A stretch of DNA of 64,000 nt from positions 22,259 through 86,258 of IMG/VR virus record IMGVR_UViG_3300034101_005931; one strand, given 5' to 3'. The DNA is from a virus. Position 1 is the stretch's first letter. Each line of letters begins with the position of its first letter. The notes below the pieces were generated by a model that was not told where the DNA came from, searched no databases, and saw only the letters and a list, made by a program, of their open reading frames with translations. Of the stretch, positions 58,794 through 64,000 are shown piece after piece. Made by a program: the position numbers and the translations under genes.

Positions 58794-59096
58794 ATGGATA
58801 CAATTACTGAAACACCTAAACGTCGAGGACGTCCTCCCGGTACCGGCAACCCTAAGCTTAAGCTTCGATGCCTCATTACCAATAAGACACGTCCTTCCAA
58901 CATCAACTACTTGACTCGAAAGGCAGAGCGTTGTGGTGTTGATCTTGACACTGTCATCAACAACTACATCTCTAAAGAAGCTTTGCATCAGATCGTGGGT
59001 AGCCCGCAGTTCGATGATACAACCAAAGCGCTCTTACTCAAGCTGAACGGTGGTACCCGGACACGTACGAAGAAAGACCCGAGTCTTCAGTCTTAA
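58794..59096 (+). CDS. AT-hook-containing protein, paralog of 58419
   Basis: KRRGRPP; KLRCLITN..YL..KA..YISK. Confidence 0.7.
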   Translation: MDTITETPKRRGRPPGTGNPKLKLRCLITNKTRPSNINYLTRKAERCGVDLDTVINNYISKEALHQIVGSPQFDDTTKALLLKLNGGTRTRTKKDPSLQS

Positions 59097-59324
59097 AAAA
59101 TCCTGTTGCAGGCCTATTAGTGTTCCAATATACTGATAGGTGATGAATAAGAAATACATCCTCATTGACCTCTATACTGGCAAATCTGAACAGATCCCTA
59201 CTGAAGAGCTTAAAGAAGCTACTTGGGGAATGAAGGCCAAAAAAGGTGCTTTGAAGGTTTGGAAGGGTGAAGAGTATTTGGTAGTTGAGGTTCCTGAATA
59301 GAACCTCTACAATTTAAAAAGAAT

Positions 59325-60131
59325 TGGGCCTCGGCGAGACCGATCCGATTCACAGAGGAGCCATCCGGTCCCTTTAAGAAGCGCTCGAGAGCTTCACCGG
59401 ATAGATTTTCGTTGCAGTTCTTTTACAGTTCCGTTAGAATAAGTACAGATTTGAGAGAAGGTTCGCTACCAAGAAGGGTTGATCGCCGGAAAAGAGGTAG
59501 TGACGAAAGCGTCGGACCGTAATGGCAAGGCCTCATTCTCATCTTAAAATATCTCCGAGGTAATAGCCAGAAGGAGGGTCTGGCGCCCAAGCGGGGAGAA
59601 TAAAACCTCCAAGATTTCTTTGACAATTTGAGTGCGTGGCGAAAGCCGCGTTAGGGATAGTGCTAAAAAATAACTCGCCCATACAACTACACACCGACAG
59701 GATCAGGCGAAGGTCGGGGAAGCAAGGATCCGCGTTAGCACACGCACTTATTTTCTCTGCGGTCATTGAGGGGTCTGTAGCCCAGGATGGAGGTGATAGT
59801 CCACCGAAGACAGACAGCGACCTGAGCCGTAGACATTTTTTGACAGCGGTGTGGAAAGCCGTGGACACACAGAACCGAGATGTTCTTTGTCGACCAGAAC
59901 ATCCGTGCTTCCTGGGGCTGTTGGACTCTCCGGAGACCCGCCCAGAGCCAGAGTAACGCCTGGTCTGTCAAGACTCTCGAATTGGTTTCCGGTGATCCAG
60001 ACAGCTCTATATGCGAATAGGTGGCGCGGTGAGCTGATCAAAAAACCGGGTTGCTCGTTGCGAGAACAAGCGAGACGCTGTTTTGTTTGCGAAGTAGTGT
60101 CTCGATGTAGCTCTCAAACAAAATAGGAGAG
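59325..60131 (+). ncRNA. cluster of tandem structured RNA modules
   Basis: GC-rich, no credible ORF, self-closing stems separated by U/A-rich linkers; promoters near 59290 and 59412; BoxA-like site at 59615. Confidence 0.7.
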
Positions 60132-60220
60132 AGAAGGGGTGAAGGGGGTCTTAGATTGCTGTCTTAGCTTGACTGTGCATTAAGGTTCCGATAGACTGAT
60201 TGTACATTCGAAACAACGCC

Positions 60221-60284
60221 GAGCCTCGGGCGCACATCAGGGCTAACAGCGGACGACGCGAAGGTTTGTTAGCTGGGGGTACTC
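60221..60284 (+). ncRNA. twin sRNA core, copy 2
   Basis: 56/64 identical to the reverse complement of 56264-56327; own promoter TTGACT..GTTCCGA-TAGACT. Confidence 0.7.
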
Positions 60285-60359
60285 GTATAGAATACTTCAG
60301 TCTTGGGTCTGAGAAAGATTTTCATTGCCGTTAGCGAAGTGTTCCGCAATAATATACGT

Positions 60360-60671
60360 ATGATGAATAAAGCTGACACACTCAAAGCGCTGCAATCGAA
60401 ACTCTCTAGCGACACTCGCTGGGCTCAGCGCGCTCTCCTCGCGATCTTCCGCAATCAGACTGCCGACGAGCAGATCAACGCTGATGTAAAGCATCACAAT
60501 CAGATGGGCTTCCGCTGCATGGACTCCATCATCCTCACCAGCTTCGCCAACCAACTTCAGACTCGAGGCTCCCTTTCACCGAAACAGATGAGCATCGTCT
60601 TCCGTCTGATGCCCAAATACGCTCGTCAGCTGATGAAATTTTACGGCGACAAAATTCAGCTGGCGCTCTAA
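60360..60671 (+). CDS. early phage protein
   Basis: RALLAIFRNQTADEQ..HHNQMGF..D..LS.KQ..KYARQL. Confidence 0.8.
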   Translation: MMNKADTLKALQSKLSSDTRWAQRALLAIFRNQTADEQINADVKHHNQMGFRCMDSIILTSFANQLQTRGSLSPKQMSIVFRLMPKYARQLMKFYGDKIQLAL

Positions 60672-60695
60672 TAACAGTTCCGCTAATATATTTGT

Positions 60696-60908
60696 ATGAT
60701 TGATAAGAACGAAATCCGAACTGCCAACTACTTGTGCGACCTGGCGTTGCAGGTTGGTGCTAAGAAGCATGGAACGCACGCTGGTAACAACTACAGCTGG
60801 GCGCTGGGGGTCATGACTGCTCTCTTCGACCAGGTCCGTCATGGTGCAGACGCCCAGGCAGTGATCGACCGCAAGTGCGCTGAGCTCGAGAAAAATCTTG
60901 CTGCTTAA
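60696..60908 (+). CDS. early protein, paralog of 54421
   Basis: NYSWALGVMTALFDQ; ends LAA. Confidence 0.75.
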   Translation: MIDKNEIRTANYLCDLALQVGAKKHGTHAGNNYSWALGVMTALFDQVRHGADAQAVIDRKCAELEKNLAA

Positions 60909-60932
60909 TAACTGTTCCGCTAACATTTACGT

Positions 60933-61157
60933 ATGAATAAGAACACCTTCAAATTCGAAATCAGCTTCAATCTCAACACCGCGAAAGGCGAGAAGCTCGA
61001 TTGGCGCTCCATCCAAGACTTCCGCGATAGCCTCGAAGGCTTCGTCCGCTCCTGGAACGGTCATGATGGCTACTTCTACGCTTACGGGCCCGGGCACGAT
61101 ACGGATATCGACCCGACCGCAATTAAGGTCAAGCGGGTCAAGAAGCTTGCCCGCTAA
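60933..61157 (+). CDS. early hypothetical protein
   Basis: Leaderless MNK start. Confidence 0.7.
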   Translation: MNKNTFKFEISFNLNTAKGEKLDWRSIQDFRDSLEGFVRSWNGHDGYFYAYGPGHDTDIDPTAIKVKRVKKLAR

Positions 61158-61180
61158 TAAGAGTTCCGCTAATATTGTAT

Positions 61181-61441
61181 ATGATGAATAAGTTCAATAA
61201 AGAAGACTTCCGCAAGGAAGGTAAGTACCTGCTCTGGGGCCCGGAGCGTAAGTTCGTAGCACGCTTCAAGTATAGCGGCCCCTTCACGATGGCTAAGTTC
61301 CGCAAGGAGCTCATCGCTAACCACACCCCCGAGTCTTACTTCGAGGCTTACGACGCAGGCAAAGCGCCCCTCGAGATCCTCAAGGATAAGAACCCCGTCT
61401 GGTATCGCGACACGCTCGAGGCCTTCAAGAACCGCTTCTAA
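61181..61441 (+). CDS. early phage protein
   Basis: FVARFKY..F...LI.N.T.E.Y..APLEIL. Confidence 0.75.
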   Translation: MMNKFNKEDFRKEGKYLLWGPERKFVARFKYSGPFTMAKFRKELIANHTPESYFEAYDAGKAPLEILKDKNPVWYRDTLEAFKNRF

Positions 61442-61616
61442 GATTATGAGCATCAAAGTCACCGTTGAATCCAATTGGGTGGGCCCTAGAGAGCACTTCT
61501 TCGATGATTGGGGCAATGCTGAAGAGTTCGCCTTTGCTATGAGAGAGTGCCAATACAAGACGAAGGTCGAGGAAGTACTTGCCGGCGAATAAAGGTTCCG
61601 ATATACTTTAGACAAT

Positions 61617-61826
61617 ATGACAAAGACAGACCAACTCGTTAATGCTCTTCGTGAGCGCTTTGCCACCGACGCTTATCCCGTCACCCACCCTCATACCGAC
61701 TCTCTCGTGATGGGTTACTTGAAAGGTATGCTCGGGGTGATGGAGCACTCGAACGATAAGCTTCTGGACTGCATCGACTACCACCTGCAGGACACCCTCA
61801 AGTACAACGCTACGTACAAGATCTAG
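61617..61826 (+). CDS. early hypothetical protein
   Basis: Own promoter. Confidence 0.7.
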   Translation: MTKTDQLVNALRERFATDAYPVTHPHTDSLVMGYLKGMLGVMEHSNDKLLDCIDYHLQDTLKYNATYKI

Positions 61827-61862
61827 CTTGACCGGTCATTAGGGTTCCGGTACAATATTGGT

Positions 61863-62117
61863 ATGATGAGAAACGAAAAAGCGATACTGAAACTGAAAGC
61901 TCACCTCCATATGGTCTTTGGCCTGGCCAACGATCTGAACGGAGAGTACGGCCCGGCAGCCTCCCTCATGAAGATGTATGGTGAGGCCTTCAACCACATC
62001 ACCTGCGACCTGATGCCCCAGATGGGCATGACCGAGGATGAGATCGTCGATCTAGTCTCCTCGATGGACGAGCTCACTGACCCGAGCATCGTGCGTGCAG
62101 CCCTTCAAAGCGCCTAA
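61863..62117 (+). CDS. early hypothetical protein
   Basis: Own promoter. Confidence 0.7.
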   Translation: MMRNEKAILKLKAHLHMVFGLANDLNGEYGPAASLMKMYGEAFNHITCDLMPQMGMTEDEIVDLVSSMDELTDPSIVRAALQSA

Positions 62118-62118
62118 T

Positions 62119-62442
62119 ATGCAAACAGTACGCATCTTCTCACAAGACCTAGACGCTATCGATCGCTCGAAGGGTCAATGGGCCTTCACCTCGGACTGGA
62201 ATCTGCCTCGTAAGTACGCCTTCACCTACTTCACAAACAAGGATGGAGAGAAGGCGGCTGAAGAGTGCTATCGGATCACCAACGCTCCTTTCGAAGCTCT
62301 CAATGAGTTTGAGAAGCATATCGCCGAACTGTTCAGAGCTACCAAGACCATGAGCCTGTCCGTGGGTGATGTGGTGCGGGTGGGCGATGAGGTTGAGTAT
62401 CTCTGCGCCTCAGAAGGATGGCTCTCCCGGAGGTATGCATGA
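62119..62442 (+). CDS. YodL-like early protein
   Basis: SLSVGDVV..YLCASEGW. Confidence 0.65.
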   Translation: MQTVRIFSQDLDAIDRSKGQWAFTSDWNLPRKYAFTYFTNKDGEKAAEECYRITNAPFEALNEFEKHIAELFRATKTMSLSVGDVVRVGDEVEYLCASEGWLSRRYA

Positions 62443-62604
62443 GCCACGCCGACACCGTCTACATCAAGGATCTGGAAGAGCGGGTTGAGGAGCTTGAGGT
62501 GGCTATCGAGAAGGCTCTCGAGGCTGAGGACTTCGATGAAGCTCGCGAGATCCTAGAAGAAGTTAATTGACCATCTTTAAGAGTTCCGATATACTAATAG
62601 CATA

Positions 62605-62808
62605 ATGAATAACGGCAGACCCTTAACGCTCCAAGAGGAGGAGGACTTGTTTAAGCTCCAGCAATCGGCCGAGAAGATGTACTACGCTCTCAAGACGTTG
62701 CTTGAGTCTCGGAAGCTTAAATGTCTGCTCGAGGTTAATGACAAGATGGCTTTCGATCAAGCTAGCAAGGCCATCAAGCTGTACGAAGACAATCTCTTTC
62801 ATCTCTAA
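62605..62808 (+). CDS. early hypothetical protein
   Basis: Own promoter. Confidence 0.65.
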   Translation: MNNGRPLTLQEEEDLFKLQQSAEKMYYALKTLLESRKLKCLLEVNDKMAFDQASKAIKLYEDNLFHL

Positions 62809-62940
62809 TATGAACAACGAACACATTCAGGCTGCCCTTACTTGGGCTCTCACCTTCACAGGGCTGTTGCTGGTGGCTGCTCTGATCGGACTGGCCGGGG
62901 CGCTCTTCAAGACAGTATGCCATCTCTTCGACATCAATCT

Positions 62941-63147
62941 ATGATCATCAAACGCACATCAGAGTTCTCGGGCATCACGCGCGAGGTTAACCTCCCGGTC
63001 ACCGTCGAGCAGATGGGACGGTTTGAGTCCGGTCTTGAGACGCTCCAGGACATCTTCCCTCACCTCAATGTCGATGATCGTGAGTTCATCAAGACGGGCA
63101 TAACGGCAGAAGAATGGGATCAGATGTTCGCTGAGACCACTATCTAG
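62941..63147 (+). CDS. small phage protein
   Basis: QDIFPHL..DDREFIKTGITAEEW motif. Confidence 0.75.
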   Translation: MIIKRTSEFSGITREVNLPVTVEQMGRFESGLETLQDIFPHLNVDDREFIKTGITAEEWDQMFAETTI

Positions 63148-63871
63148 TTGACTGTCCTAATAAGTTCCTTTAATCTATACACAATATGAAAATCGCTCTC
63201 TTAATCCTTCTGGTCATTGCCATCTTAATCGCTGGCCCGCTCCTCACCATCTGGGCCCTCAACACGGTCTTCCCGGTCTTGAACATCCCCTTCAGCTTCT
63301 GGACGTGGCTGGCAGTGATTGTGCTCCAGCTCCAGCTGGTGTATCGCCCGTCCAAATAAGCTTGAGGTTCATTTACTGTTCCCTTAATATATAGGTATGA
63401 TGAATAAAGACGATTGGATGTTTGAAGTGATAGTGTATATGACAATTGGCCTCTTCATTTTTGTAGCCTTCATTAAGCCAGTTGTGGATGGCATCTATCA
63501 ATAAGACTCTTATGCGATTCTTATCACCTGCCATTAAAGCTCTCATCCTTATCACCCTCATCATCTTCATGGCTATTAGCCTCATCGCATTGCGCGATTG
63601 ATTCTTATGCAACAGAAACAAAAACAAAAACTGGTCAACAACCAAATCAACTCCATCCGTAAGGGCATCAAAGCTCTCCAACAGATGAAGAAGAGCGGGA
63701 TGTATATCGACAACCGTCAGAAGAGGGCTCTGTCCTTCATCACGGCTGAAGAGCTCGCCCCTCTTTGTTGGGACTAGTTAATGATTGGTTAAGTAGTACA
63801 AGTCCTTACTAGTTGTTATGGGTAAGGTTGTACTACGAGTGGATGGCTAGACATCTACATTGAAACATAAC

Positions 63872-63902
63872 AGGGGGTGGTTCTAGCGCCACCCCTTCTT
63901 TC
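63872..63902 (+). terminator. terminator closing the early array
   Basis: gggggtgg/ccacccct plus T-rich tail. Confidence 0.7.
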
Positions 63903-64000
63903 TAGAGCCGGTACGTGCTCTCTAGCACCCCCGGGGATATAGACCCAAGTACGGGAATTTATAGATATAGACAAAGGGGGGTGGATTTTCTATAGGTGCA

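Larger units (their letters stand above)
51541..63400 (+). other. early-gene array: about 30 promoter-gene cassettes
   Basis: Repeated TTG(A/C)NN-17 bp spacer ending GTTCCGN-TATA(C/A)T-7 nt-ATG(AATAAG). Confidence 0.85.

Noticed and set aside
59552-59750. Twister, pistol or SRP RNA
   Set aside because: Only short words match (cccaagc, cgtggc..gccgcg, cagg..gaagca); I could not build the required full architectures.
59423-60126. Six overlapping ORFs on both strands
   Set aside because: No consistent frame, mostly non-ATG starts, none coupled to the cassette promoter; stop-codon scarcity is explained by GC-rich structured RNA.
51541-63400. Classical integron with attC sites, or CRISPR array
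   Set aside because: The repeats are promoter-shaped and degenerate, lack attC inverted cores, and no integrase or cas gene is in the window.
1-64000. Stop-codon reassignment
   Set aside because: Long conserved genes read intact in the standard code, all three stops terminate genes, and there is no suppressor anticodon among the tRNAs.

Overview
This is a 64 kb segment of a large, AT-rich, T4-like lytic phage genome. The T4-like call rests on an RNase H/5'-3' exonuclease, TATAAATA-type late promoters and N-terminal motifs resembling T4 capsid-targeting sequences. A 59-aa bS21 homolog missed by the ORF track looks Verrucomicrobia-like, so that host is inferred but not proven. Positions 1-34 kb hold 23 complete tRNAs plus one partial (a 24th complete tRNA lies at 55.2 kb). 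They also hold a tmRNA with an unusually long 33-aa tag, a class II ribonucleotide reductase, Hsp20, glycan-modifying enzymes, a lysis module and a ~575-nt highly structured ncRNA. Positions 41.8-50.1 kb carry a modular family of probable virion-surface proteins built on two recurrent N-terminal domains. Positions 51.5-63.8 kb form a GC-richer early region of tiny, apparently leaderless genes, about 30 of them preceded by their own sigma70-type promoter carrying a GTTCC motif. Embedded there are a ~1 kb cluster of discrete structured RNA modules (one tRNA-like) and a duplicated sRNA. The RNA arsenal and the promoter-cassette array are the best candidates for an undescribed system. All structures and homologies were read by eye; no database search was possible.
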